From positions 149,735-213,734 of the forward strand of contig JBGLNJ010000001.1 of the NCBI GenBank assembly GCA_041300525.1: a DNA stretch of 64,000 bases, written 5' to 3'. Source of the stretch: Anaerolineae bacterium (GTDB taxonomy: Bacteria; Chloroflexota; Anaerolineae; Fen-1058). The notes beneath the pieces are model-generated. The model made no database searches, was not told the origin of the DNA, and saw nothing but the letters and a program-made list of their open reading frames with translations. This document shows positions 7,371 to 16,776 of this stretch, one piece after another. Every line of letters begins with the position of its first letter. The first letter of the stretch is position 1. Both the position numbers and the translations under genes were made by a program.

Positions 7371-10300
7371 ATGGCCGCAGCTATGGTAGATCTGAATTCT
7401 GCCGAGGTGAACATCCTCGTCCGCCAACTCAAGATCAGCCCGCGGTTGGCTGGGCGCATCATCGCCATGCGCCCGTTCGAGTCAGTGGCTGATCTGCAAA
7501 AGGTCTGGGGGATGGATGCCAAGACCTACGCGCGGGTGGTCGAGCGGGTGATGGTCTCGTCCCCACTGACTGTCACGCGCGCGCCTGAGGAATCAGGCGG
7601 CGAGGCTCCCCTGCCTGGCAAACCGGAGGCACGCGAGTTGCCTCGACCCAATGTGCAGATGCCCCCGCAGATAATCCCCGCGCGCCCTCCCGTCAAGCCG
7701 GCGCGCAAATTCATTTGGGCGCTGCTCGCCATCGTGCTGTGTGGCGCCTACCTGCGCTTTGTCGGGCCGAACTGGGACGCGGGTCAGCACCAACATCCCG
7801 ACGAGCGGTTCATCACCATGGTGGCCGAACGGATTCGCTCGGTCAGCATCCCCGAATATCTAGAGTTCGACACCCAGAACTCGACGCTCAACCCGCTCCG
7901 GTATGGCTCGTATACCTATGGGATGTTGCCCCTGTTCGCCACTCGCTATGTGGCCGAATGGATCAACATGACGCAGTATGACCGCATCGTGTTGGTGGGG
8001 CGGGCACTCTCCGGCTTGTTTGACCTGGCCGTGGTCGTGGCGTTGTACTGGCTGGGGACGCGGTTGTACGACCGGCGAGTGGGTCTGCTGGCCGCGGCGT
8101 TGAGCGCCGCCGCCGTTTTGCCCATTCAGCTTTCACACTTTTTCACGGTGGATTCTTTTTCGACGGTGTTTGTCGTGGGGGGCTTTTGCTTTGCGGCGCA
8201 GATCACCCTGGCTGCGCCGGCCCGGTCGAAGCGAGACACTTTTTTGCCATACGCGCTTTTCGGATTGATGGTCGGGCTGGCGATGGCGTGCAAAGTCAAC
8301 ACGCTGCCGCTCTTTGGCGTGATCCTCCTGGCGGGCGCGATGCGCGTTATTCCGATCTGGAAGCGACCCGTCGAGTGTGCGAGCGAGCTGAAGAATGTGC
8401 TCATCGGCTGGGCCATTGCAGCCGGGGTCGCGGCGATGGCTTTTCGAATTTTTCAGCCCTATGCTTTTGCGGGGCCTGGATTCTTTGGCTTGCGTCTCAA
8501 CGAGCGTTGGCTCTCGGTCATGCGCGAGGTCACCGATCAGGTGGCGGGCAAATCGGAATGGCCGCCGAATCATCACTGGACGAGCCGGCCTTTCACCTAC
8601 GCCTGGACGAATATGGTGATGTGGGGGATGGGGCTGCCGCTCGGTTTGGCGGCGTGGCTGGGTTGGGCCTGGGCTGCCTGGCGCTGCACGAAAGGCGAAT
8701 GGCAGCGTCATCTATTGCCGGTGGTGTGGATCGCCGGATATTTTATCTGGCAGAATATCCAGTTCTGGCGCTACATGCGCTACTTTTTGCCCATCTATCC
8801 GTTCTTGATTCTCCTGGCGGCCTGGGCGTTGGTGGAACTGTTTGATCGGACGCGAGGGAAGAATTTCGAATTTCAAATTTCGAGTTTCAAGTTGCGGATA
8901 CCGGGCGTGGTGGGGCTGATCGTCTTGATCGGTGTCGTCGTGGCGACGTATGCCTACGCGTTCGCCTTCACCGGCATCTATGTTCGCCCGCACACGCGCA
9001 TCGCGGCCTCGCGCTGGATGTTGGAACATGTGCCCGGCCCACTGAATGTGATCGTCAATTCGCCGCAGGGGGCGCGCTCCTATCCCCTGCGCGTTTCTCA
9101 CGAGGTGGCGCTGGTGGACGGGCTGCCGGTGCGAGCGGAACTGCGCCCGATAAAGTCCGGCACGGCGACGACCATCACGACCACGCGAGTGAAACGGGTC
9201 GGCGCCGACTTGCACATCAAGATCAGCGCCGATGAGGCCGGCCAGGACGTCGTGACTGAGGGACACTTGATGGTCATGGCGGGAGACGAAGCGACCAGCC
9301 AGACCCTCAATCTGCGCGAGGTGATGCTGGAAGGTGGCCGGACGTATTACGTGCGTTACGCGCTTGCCAACAGCGGCGCTCTCACCGCGGATCGCCTGGC
9401 GTTGCGAAATGAGCAGGGCGAAGCGAACGGCGTGCCGCTCGAGTGGACGTTGACCGATCAGCCCGCCGGCAAGACAGAGGGCAATTTCAAATTTGCGCCG
9501 GGCGAGTCGTCTCGAATTAACCGCCTGTTCATCGAAAACCTACGAATCGCGTATGCGCAAAACGGCTCGTCAGCGCAGACGCCAGCGTCGCAGACGACGC
9601 TGGAAGTCAAGCTGACCCGCGACGATGCCGGTCAGGATGTGCTGGCAGTGGCCTCAGTGACCGGCGATTTTCTGCCGGGCGGTGATGGGCAAGACCAGTC
9701 GCCCGTGTTTTCTTTCGCGCCGGTGGAACTGAACGCCGGCGCCACCTATTACGTCTTTTACCAGGTCACGTCCGGCGGGCCACTGACGCTGGCGGGCGAG
9801 ACCATGACGCTGGAGACTTCGTGGGACGATGCGCTACCGCTTCGCGTGGATGATTATGATCCGCTGGGCGGCATCTATGCGCCGCTCAACCTGGAACTGT
9901 ATGAGCCGGACACGCCTGCCAAGCGCGAAAAGATGCTCGAGATTCTGTCGCAAGTGAATTACATCGTCGTCCCGTCCAACCGGGCGTATGATGCGATGCC
10001 GCGCCTTCCTCTGCGTTATCCGATGACGCTAAAGTATTACCAGGCCCTCTTTAACTGCGATTGCAGCGGGGACGCGATGGAGGCTTTGGCCGCCCGGGCC
10101 AAGCCGCCGCTCGCTTCGCGAGGGCCATTGGGCTTTGAGTTGGTCGCCACGTTCGAGAGTTATCCGACGTTTGGGCCGTTCTCCATCTCCGACCAGCTCG
10201 CCGATGAATCGTTCACGGTGTACGATCATCCCAAGGTGATGATCTTTAAAAAGTCGGCGGACTTTTCGCTGGAACGAGTCCGCGCCATTTTGGAGAGCGC

Positions 10301-11816
10301 CGATCTTACCCAGATTCTTGACCAGTCGCCGCTGGCGGTCACGATCATGCCGACCGGCTTGCGTCTGCCGCCCGATCGTTTGGCCGCCCAAAAGGCGGGG
10401 GGCGCCTGGCACCAGATGTTTGACTTTCAGTCGTTCCTGAACCAGAACCAAACGTTTGGTGTACTGGCCTGGTACTTGTTTTTGTTGTTGCTGGGCTGGT
10501 TGGCGTTCCCGCTGGTATTCGTTGCGTGCCGGGGACTGCCGGATCGCGGCTATCCACTGGCCCGGTTGATTGCTTTGTTGTTCATCGCGTGGGTCGCCTG
10601 GATGCTGGGCAGTTTGAAAATCTTGCCTTTCACTCGGGGCGCACTTTGGTTAAGCGTGGGCGTGCTGGCGTTGACGAGCGGCTCGCTCTGCGTGGCCGCG
10701 CAGAACCGGACCGCCTTGACGACGTTTGTTCGCGCCCGCTGGCGTTACTTGCTGGGTGTTGAAGGTTTGTTTCTGGCGCTGTTCCTGTTCGACTTGGCGG
10801 TGCGCCTGGGCAACCCGGACTTGTGGCATCCCTGGTTGGGCGGCGAAAAGCCGATGGATTTTGCGTTCTTTAACTCGGTTTTGAAGGCCGTCTATTTTCC
10901 GCCAGAGAACCCGTGGTTCGCCGGCAACACTGTGAACTATTACTACTATGGCTATGTGATTGCGGCGGTCTTGACCAAACTCTTGGGCATCGTGCCGTCC
11001 ATCGCTTACAACCTGGTCTTGCCCACCTGGTTTGCGATGACGGGAGCCGGGGCGTTTTGCGTGACGTGCAATCTGGTGAGCAGAACATCGAGCGGCGAGA
11101 GTGGAGCGGAGAGCGAAGAGGCCACACCATCGAGTGTCGGTCATTCAAGATTGCCTTACCTGGCCGGCGTGGTGGCTGTGATTTTGATGCTCGTGCTGGG
11201 CAACCTGTACCAGGTGCGGCAGTTGTGGCAATACCTGCCTCAGGTGTCTGAGCCAGGCCAAACTGATCTCTCTGCGCCAGAGTACGTGGCCGCCGTCATC
11301 TCGGGCGCAGGCCGCGTGCTGTCCGGTCAAGCTCAATTGCCGGGCGATAAGGGGCGGTGGTACTTTGGCGCTTCGCGTCCCATCTTGCACGACAAGCCGG
11401 ATACCCCCATCGCAGAGTTTCCATTCTTTTCGTTCTTGTACGCCGATCTGCACCCGCACGTGTTGGCGATGCCGATCCTCTTTGCGGCGCTGGCCTGGAT
11501 GCTCAGCGTCTTGGTTTCGTCCGGCGGAAAGCGAGCGTGGCCGGAGCGAATCGCAATGTGGTTCGTGGCGGGGCTGGTGTTCGGCGTGATGCGTCCGACT
11601 CACACCTGGGATTTGCCGACACTGCTGGGACTGGGCGCTTTGGCGCTGGCGTGGAAAGTATGGCGGACGGAGGGAGTCACACGCAAAGCCTTTTTGATGA
11701 TGGTCGGCCAAGTGGCGCTTTTGATTGGCGTTGCCATTGTGATGTACTATCCGTTCGCGCAGTGGTTCGGCACCGAGTATACGTCGCTCGAATTGTGGAA
11801 AGGCGCGCGTCGATGA
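7371..11816 (+). CDS. Giant integral membrane protein: N-terminal helix-hairpin-helix + DUF2298 / Chlor_Arch_YYY (TIGR03662-like); 3' end apparently truncated
   Basis: 1481 aa. N-terminal LNSAEVNILVRQLKISPRLAGRIIAMRPFESVADL is ComEA-like HhH. HPDERFITMV and many TM helices follow, plus the diagnostic NYYYYGYV motif. The ORF ends 2 codons after the junction with a transposase fragment. Confidence 0.75.
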   Translation: MAAAMVDLNSAEVNILVRQLKISPRLAGRIIAMRPFESVADLQKVWGMDAKTYARVVERVMVSSPLTVTRAPEESGGEAPLPGKPEARELPRPNVQMPPQIIPARPPVKPARKFIWALLAIVLCGAYLRFVGPNWDAGQHQHPDERFITMVAERIRSVSIPEYLEFDTQNSTLNPLRYGSYTYGMLPLFATRYVAEWINMTQYDRIVLVGRALSGLFDLAVVVALYWLGTRLYDRRVGLLAAALSAAAVLPIQLSHFFTVDSFSTVFVVGGFCFAAQITLAAPARSKRDTFLPYALFGLMVGLAMACKVNTLPLFGVILLAGAMRVIPIWKRPVECASELKNVLIGWAIAAGVAAMAFRIFQPYAFAGPGFFGLRLNERWLSVMREVTDQVAGKSEWPPNHHWTSRPFTYAWTNMVMWGMGLPLGLAAWLGWAWAAWRCTKGEWQRHLLPVVWIAGYFIWQNIQFWRYMRYFLPIYPFLILLAAWALVELFDRTRGKNFEFQISSFKLRIPGVVGLIVLIGVVVATYAYAFAFTGIYVRPHTRIAASRWMLEHVPGPLNVIVNSPQGARSYPLRVSHEVALVDGLPVRAELRPIKSGTATTITTTRVKRVGADLHIKISADEAGQDVVTEGHLMVMAGDEATSQTLNLREVMLEGGRTYYVRYALANSGALTADRLALRNEQGEANGVPLEWTLTDQPAGKTEGNFKFAPGESSRINRLFIENLRIAYAQNGSSAQTPASQTTLEVKLTRDDAGQDVLAVASVTGDFLPGGDGQDQSPVFSFAPVELNAGATYYVFYQVTSGGPLTLAGETMTLETSWDDALPLRVDDYDPLGGIYAPLNLELYEPDTPAKREKMLEILSQVNYIVVPSNRAYDAMPRLPLRYPMTLKYYQALFNCDCSGDAMEALAARAKPPLASRGPLGFELVATFESYPTFGPFSISDQLADESFTVYDHPKVMIFKKSADFSLERVRAILESADLTQILDQSPLAVTIMPTGLRLPPDRLAAQKAGGAWHQMFDFQSFLNQNQTFGVLAWYLFLLLLGWLAFPLVFVACRGLPDRGYPLARLIALLFIAWVAWMLGSLKILPFTRGALWLSVGVLALTSGSLCVAAQNRTALTTFVRARWRYLLGVEGLFLALFLFDLAVRLGNPDLWHPWLGGEKPMDFAFFNSVLKAVYFPPENPWFAGNTVNYYYYGYVIAAVLTKLLGIVPSIAYNLVLPTWFAMTGAGAFCVTCNLVSRTSSGESGAESEEATPSSVGHSRLPYLAGVVAVILMLVLGNLYQVRQLWQYLPQVSEPGQTDLSAPEYVAAVISGAGRVLSGQAQLPGDKGRWYFGASRPILHDKPDTPIAEFPFFSFLYADLHPHVLAMPILFAALAWMLSVLVSSGGKRAWPERIAMWFVAGLVFGVMRPTHTWDLPTLLGLGALALAWKVWRTEGVTRKAFLMMVGQVALLIGVAIVMYYPFAQWFGTEYTSLELWKGARR
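8861..8895. repeat. Heptanucleotide tandem repeat (5 units RARTTTC) inside a CDS
   Basis: GAATTTC GAATTTC AAATTTC GAGTTTC AAGTTGC encodes NFEFQISSFKL in the YYY protein. Confidence 0.8.
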
Positions 11817-11910
11817 GTTCAAACAACGCATCGGCGCGCAGCGGGAAAATGCCCAACAGTTTTTGGCGGAACTGCTGGAGAAACGGGAGAGAGACAGTCG
11901 TTGTTGTCAT
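11806..11910 (-). mobile_element. Remnant: N-terminal ~35 codons of an IS701/IS4-like transposase
   Basis: The minus ORF starts MTTTTVSLPFLQQFRQKLLGIFPLRADALFELIDA. The RADALFEL(I/L)DA motif is typical of IS701-like transposase N-termini. The reading frame then becomes antisense to the YYY gene. Confidence 0.45.
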
Positions 11911-12117
11911 ACCTGCATTTTCACCAATTTCCGATTTGTGTCAAGGCCAGTTGTGAAGCTGGCTGTTTGGACTCTAAACTTCAGATCGGGTCTACCCAGA
12001 AAAATGGGCCACCCAGGGCCAATTTTCATCAGCCCAGGTATAATCTGTGGAGAGGAAATAGGTTGCGCGCCATTGCATGTCATACGTCATCAGTTGCGGA
12101 CAAAACACGCCGTAGGC

Positions 12118-12630
12118 TATCGTTTTTTTTCGGATACATAATCATCCGTCTGACGCCAACGCAGGGTGCCATTGTCCCGCCACGTGTAATTCTGAATCCA
12201 CACCCGCTATAGAATCTGCACGGCCGGGACTTGCCGCAACCACGTGGGGGCAGCCGGATCCTCCAGACTTTGCCACAACGCCAGCCCATCGGCTCCGATC
12301 ACTTTGGCATACGTCTCGCGCGGGGCTTGTCCACTCGGCAATCGATAGTTCTGCACCCGTGCTCTGTATCGCTCTACCCAGTCTGGCTGACTATGCACGC
12401 AGTAAGAGATACTTCCGATCAATCCGAGCGCGGACGGCGTCGGCCGCTTGGCGGTCAGACAGCCCTTCAGCAAACTGCAACAGGAGCACCAGCATCAGTC
12501 GCACAGGCGAGAGTGCTGGGTGTCCATCCGCAGGAAAGAGCACAGCAAAGTCCTGGTCCTGAAGCGACTTGCCAAAAGTATCGTACCACTGTAGGTAAGG
12601 ATTCCCATGGGGGAAGATGGCACGCGCCAC
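12118..12630 (-). mobile_element. Degraded IS1182/IS5-family (DUF772) transposase: frameshifted, internally deleted, lacking the DDE domain
   Basis: Three minus-strand frames each carry part of the transposase. One reads ...FAVLFPADGHPALSPVRLMLVLLLQFAEGLSDRQAADAVRARIDRKY. A second reads ...DWVERYRARVQNYRLPSGQAPRETYAKVIGADGLALWQSL..APTWLRQVPAVQIL. A third reads RVWIQNYTWRDNGTLRWRQTDDYVSEKKR*. Confidence 0.75.
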
Positions 12631-13007
12631 TCACACGGTTCCCTTGGGTACCGTATGCGCTGGCTGGGCTTAACGACATGATTGCCTCCGGATAGATGGT
12701 TCAAGTCGCGCCAAAGTAATTTGTCGGCAAACTGTTTTAGAATATAATATAGACCTTAAGATAAAGATTTGGAAAATCATGCGCGATTTCACGCTTGTAT
12801 CACGGGCAAAAATTCCAAATCTTTTTCTTGAAAGCTATAGTACAAGTCGAACAGAACAGCGCAAGACAAGAGGCTCTAAACGACTTGAGCCGTTCATAGA
12901 TGATCAAGTCGCCAATATGAACCCCTCAAAACTTCTGTGGCGGACTATTAGCCACTCAATTCCAGAGTAGAGTTCATTTTCTGCCCATACAAAAGATACC
13001 CAGCGGA

Positions 13008-15539
13008 ATGTACAAGAGCGCACTTCAAGAACATATACGCCTGCTGAACCTGATTTCCATTTTGCGTTGGATTATTCCTCTGCTGGTCGCGGTAATCGAC
13101 TGGGCTTACATTTTGTTCAACCAAATGCCAGCGTCGGATGACATTCTGCGCGCAATCTGGTTTCCGGGATTGGTCGCGCCCATGCTATGCTGGATCTGTT
13201 TGACGTGGCTGACCAATGTCGCGCGAGAGGCGATCAACACGCACCGGGAGCTGATTTTTCAGAATCGCGAACTAGTTGCCCTCAATGCCATCGGCGAGGC
13301 CGCGGGACAATCGCTCAACCTGGAAACTCTGCTCCAAGTCGCTTTGGAGCGGATCGTCGAATTACTCGGATTGCCCGCCGGGAAGATATGCACATTTGAG
13401 GGAAAGCACCTGGTTCGCATGGCACACATCGGGACTGAAACAGATAAGGAAAGTGCAATATGTTTCCGGGGTGACGAATGCGTGTGCGCCCGGTGTGCGT
13501 GGTCGCGCGAGATCATCACTTTGAAGGATTTACAGAGCGAATGCTCTCTGGCAAATGTTTCTTGCGTGCGCGAGGGATTTCGTTCCATCATCACGGTGCC
13601 GCTCAAGACCAAAGAGCAGGTACTCGGCGTTATTTTGCTGGCGAGTCCTCAGCCGAATCAATTTGGCCTCGCCGACCAGCGCATTCTCACCGCGATTGCC
13701 TCGCGGGTTGCCATGGCGGTCGAGAATGCACAGTTGTACAAAGAAGCACACCGGCGCGCATTGCACTTGGAGACGGCGAGCTTTTTAGGACAGCGCATGA
13801 CAGCGCTCTTGGACGTGGGCACACTGTTATCGGAAATGGTCAAACTGATCCGCGACAAATTCGGGTACGATCATGTGCACATCATGTTGGTAGACAAAGA
13901 GGCAAACGAAATCGTTCTCAAAGAAGCAAGTGGGCCTGGGGCTGAGGCGCTCAAGCGCCAAGGATTGCGCCTCCAGATCGGCCAAGCTGGGATCACGAGC
14001 TGGGTAGCTCAGACCGGAGAAATGTTTTTATGCAACGACGTTGCGAGTGAGCCGCGTTATCTTCCGGCGGATCTGGTTCCCGGTGTGCGAGCCGAACTCG
14101 CCGTGCCGTTGCGGGCTGAGAACCGCGTCATCGGAGTCCTGGATGTGCAAAGTGAGCGACGGGATGCCTTCGACAAGGATGATGCTTCGACGTTACAAAT
14201 CCTGGGCAACCAAGTTGGGATCGTCATCGAAAACGCGCGTTTGTTTCAAGAGACTAAGCATCGCTACGAGGCGATGATTGCTTTGCACGAGACTTCGCTA
14301 GACATTATTGCTCGGTTGGACACTACTCAGCTTTTGGAAGCGGTGTTGCGTCGAGGCGCGCAACTTCTTCGTGCGGAAGGCGGGGGGCTGGCTTTATACG
14401 ACGACGAACACGCCTTCAACTATGCAACGGTCAGTTACAATACTCAGCCGAAGTGGGAATCAAGCGGTTCGCAGCCGCTAGAGGGTCTCGTCGGTGAGGT
14501 AATCCGAAGGCGTGAGCCAATCATCGTGAACGACTATCCCAATTGGCCTCAGCGGGTGAAGGCGTACGAGAACACTGCAAGAACGAGAATGATCGGTGTA
14601 CCGCTCAAGTGGGAGAATCATATTGTCGGCGCGATGGTCATCCTGAATTGCCCGGAGAGTAAACCCTTTGACGAAGACGATGTATCCGTGCTAGCGCAGT
14701 TTGCAGACTTGGCGAGCATCGCGATCAAGAACGCCGAGCTGCACTCGCAAATCAAGCAGTTTAGCCAAGAGTTGGAGCAGCAGGTCGAGGCGAGGACTCG
14801 CGAGCTATCAACTGCCAAGGAAGAGATTGCGGCGCAATCCGAGCAGTTGCGTTTGCTCCTGGAAAGAACGATTCGGGCTCAGGAAGAGGAACGCGCGCGC
14901 ATCGCCCGCGACATGCATGATGATGTCGTTCAACTTATCACTGCGGCACGCTGGGAAATCCAAACAGCCGAGGCGTTTGCGGGCACGGAGCTAAAGAGTG
15001 CCGCCCGCGATGGTCTTGCCGCGGCGCTCACGTTGCTTGACGAGATCGAAAAACAAATTCGCTGCGCCATTTACAATTTGCACCCGCCGATTTTAGATGC
15101 CGTCGGATTGAGCCCAGCTCTGCAAAGCTATGTCGAACAATTCCGGCGGATCTCTGGCATTGCATGTCGATTGGAGACTCGTGGCAGTGTGCTCCGCTTG
15201 CCCATTCAGGCTGAAAGCAGCATCTATCATCTCGTCGAGGAAGCGCTGGCAAATGTTGCGGCCCACGCCGGCGCGACGGAATCGTCCATCGTGCTTGACT
15301 ATCGCGATTCAAGCCTCGACATCACGGTCGAGGATAACGGATGCGGATTCGATCAGAAGCAATGGTTGCAAGATGCCCATCGCGATGGTAGCCACCTTGG
15401 CTTGTTGAGCATGCAAGAACGCGTAAAAAGCTTGGAAGGAGGCATGCAGGTCGAATCCGTACCAGGTTGCGGAACGCGTTTGATCTTTCGGATTTCGGTT
15501 GAAAGGGAAAGAGGCGAATGGAACCAATCCGGGTTTTAA
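13008..15539 (+). CDS. Multi-GAF sensor histidine kinase (HisKA_3/HATPase_c, NarL-partner type)
   Basis: 843 aa with N-terminal TM helices and repeated GAF-like blocks (VPL...VLGVI, AVPL...VIGVLDV, GVPL...IVGAMVI). H-box EEERARIARDMHDDVVQ. ATPase motifs VEDNGCGF and GLLSMQERV...GCGTRL. Confidence 0.9.
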   Translation: MYKSALQEHIRLLNLISILRWIIPLLVAVIDWAYILFNQMPASDDILRAIWFPGLVAPMLCWICLTWLTNVAREAINTHRELIFQNRELVALNAIGEAAGQSLNLETLLQVALERIVELLGLPAGKICTFEGKHLVRMAHIGTETDKESAICFRGDECVCARCAWSREIITLKDLQSECSLANVSCVREGFRSIITVPLKTKEQVLGVILLASPQPNQFGLADQRILTAIASRVAMAVENAQLYKEAHRRALHLETASFLGQRMTALLDVGTLLSEMVKLIRDKFGYDHVHIMLVDKEANEIVLKEASGPGAEALKRQGLRLQIGQAGITSWVAQTGEMFLCNDVASEPRYLPADLVPGVRAELAVPLRAENRVIGVLDVQSERRDAFDKDDASTLQILGNQVGIVIENARLFQETKHRYEAMIALHETSLDIIARLDTTQLLEAVLRRGAQLLRAEGGGLALYDDEHAFNYATVSYNTQPKWESSGSQPLEGLVGEVIRRREPIIVNDYPNWPQRVKAYENTARTRMIGVPLKWENHIVGAMVILNCPESKPFDEDDVSVLAQFADLASIAIKNAELHSQIKQFSQELEQQVEARTRELSTAKEEIAAQSEQLRLLLERTIRAQEEERARIARDMHDDVVQLITAARWEIQTAEAFAGTELKSAARDGLAAALTLLDEIEKQIRCAIYNLHPPILDAVGLSPALQSYVEQFRRISGIACRLETRGSVLRLPIQAESSIYHLVEEALANVAAHAGATESSIVLDYRDSSLDITVEDNGCGFDQKQWLQDAHRDGSHLGLLSMQERVKSLEGGMQVESVPGCGTRLIFRISVERERGEWNQSGF

Positions 15540-16159
15540 TTGTCGATGACCATCCGATGATCCGACGCGGCTTGCGCAACTTTTTGTCTTCTGCACCGGA
15601 TATCAATGTCGTCGGCGAGGCTGAGGATGGCGCCGCTGCCCTGCGCGTCGCCGCGAATTTGACGCCCGATGTGATTCTGCTCGATATTCAATTGACCGGA
15701 GCCGATGGAATCACGGTAACGTCTCAGTTATGCAAAGAGCAGCCAAACTCCAAGATCATCATCCTGACCGCTTACGACAACGACGACTATGTCCAGGGTG
15801 CTCTCCGCGCGGGCGCGTATGCATATGTCTTGAAAAAAAGCTCAGGCGAAACAGTGGCAGAGACTATTCGCCAAGTGCATCAAGGCAAGCGCCTGTTATC
15901 GCCCGAACTGATGGATCGCGTGTTGCAACAATTCCAAGACCTGGCGCAGATCAAAGCCAAGTACGAGTCGGGACTAATAGAAGATGAGGTCAAGGTACTG
16001 GCTTTGATGGCGCAGGGGGCAACGGTCGAAGATATTGCGAAGGGGATGTTTTGGGGCGAACGAACGGTGCGGCGCAAGATTGATGAAATCATTGTCAAGT
16101 TGGGCGTCAAGAATCGCACCCAGGCCGTCGCGGAAGCGATTAGGAAAGGCCTGATTTGA
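15518..16159 (+). CDS. Response regulator, NarL/LuxR family (REC + HTH_LuxR)
   Basis: IRVLIVDDHPMIRRGL...PDVILLDIQL for the receiver domain. C-terminal LALMAQGATVEDIAKGMFWGERTVRRKIDEIIVKLGVKNRTQAV. Overlaps the kinase stop by 22 nt. Confidence 0.9.
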   Translation: MEPIRVLIVDDHPMIRRGLRNFLSSAPDINVVGEAEDGAAALRVAANLTPDVILLDIQLTGADGITVTSQLCKEQPNSKIIILTAYDNDDYVQGALRAGAYAYVLKKSSGETVAETIRQVHQGKRLLSPELMDRVLQQFQDLAQIKAKYESGLIEDEVKVLALMAQGATVEDIAKGMFWGERTVRRKIDEIIVKLGVKNRTQAVAEAIRKGLI

Positions 16160-16339
16160 TTCTATCGAAGGTTCTGTTTTCTACGCTTGTTCGATTTCCT
16201 CTGGTCGGATCAGAAAAACGGATTTCTGAATTGCTCTTTTCCGATTGTCTCCCTGTGGACACAAATTGACCACTTTTTCCCTTCCCCCGCACGACAGTTC
16301 AGATTATAGTTAATGCACCCGCGATGTCGCAGCGGATGA

Positions 16340-16520
16340 GTGTTCAAAGACATTCGTCTCAATCCTCATTTGCTAGCCGTTTTAACTCATGTCGGCGGCA
16401 AGCCGATTGAGCAAGGGCAGGAAGAATACAGCTCGAGCGACGTTATCAAGTTCGGTTCGAATGAGAATCTGATCGGTCCATCGCCGCTTGCGGTGGCTGT
16501 GTTTCAATCCGCGCTGACTT
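16340..16520 (+). pseudogene. Remnant of a histidinol-phosphate aminotransferase-like gene (N-terminal ~60 codons only)
   Basis: THVGGKPIEQGQEEYSSSDVIKFGSNENLIGPSPLAVAVFQSAL matches the class-II aminotransferase N-terminal signature (KL.SNENP.GPSP). Similarity stops after about 60 aa. Confidence 0.5.
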
Positions 16521-16776
16521 GGCGTCTCAGAATGACCAACTGGAGGATTTTCAAAACACTCTCTAACAGGTATTCTGCCTCTGTTTTATTTGCCCAACTG
16601 CTATCAGTAGTTTTGCAGATTTTACATTTGAACCAGTTTTGACGTGTTTTCGCAGTAGTCGCCCGCCATATCTGGCGGTTTGATACTTGCCGACCGGCGA
16701 ATCTAGCTAATTTGTAAAAAGTGCAAAACTCCTATGCTATATCAAAGCTCAAAAATCACACGTTAAGGAGGAGAAA

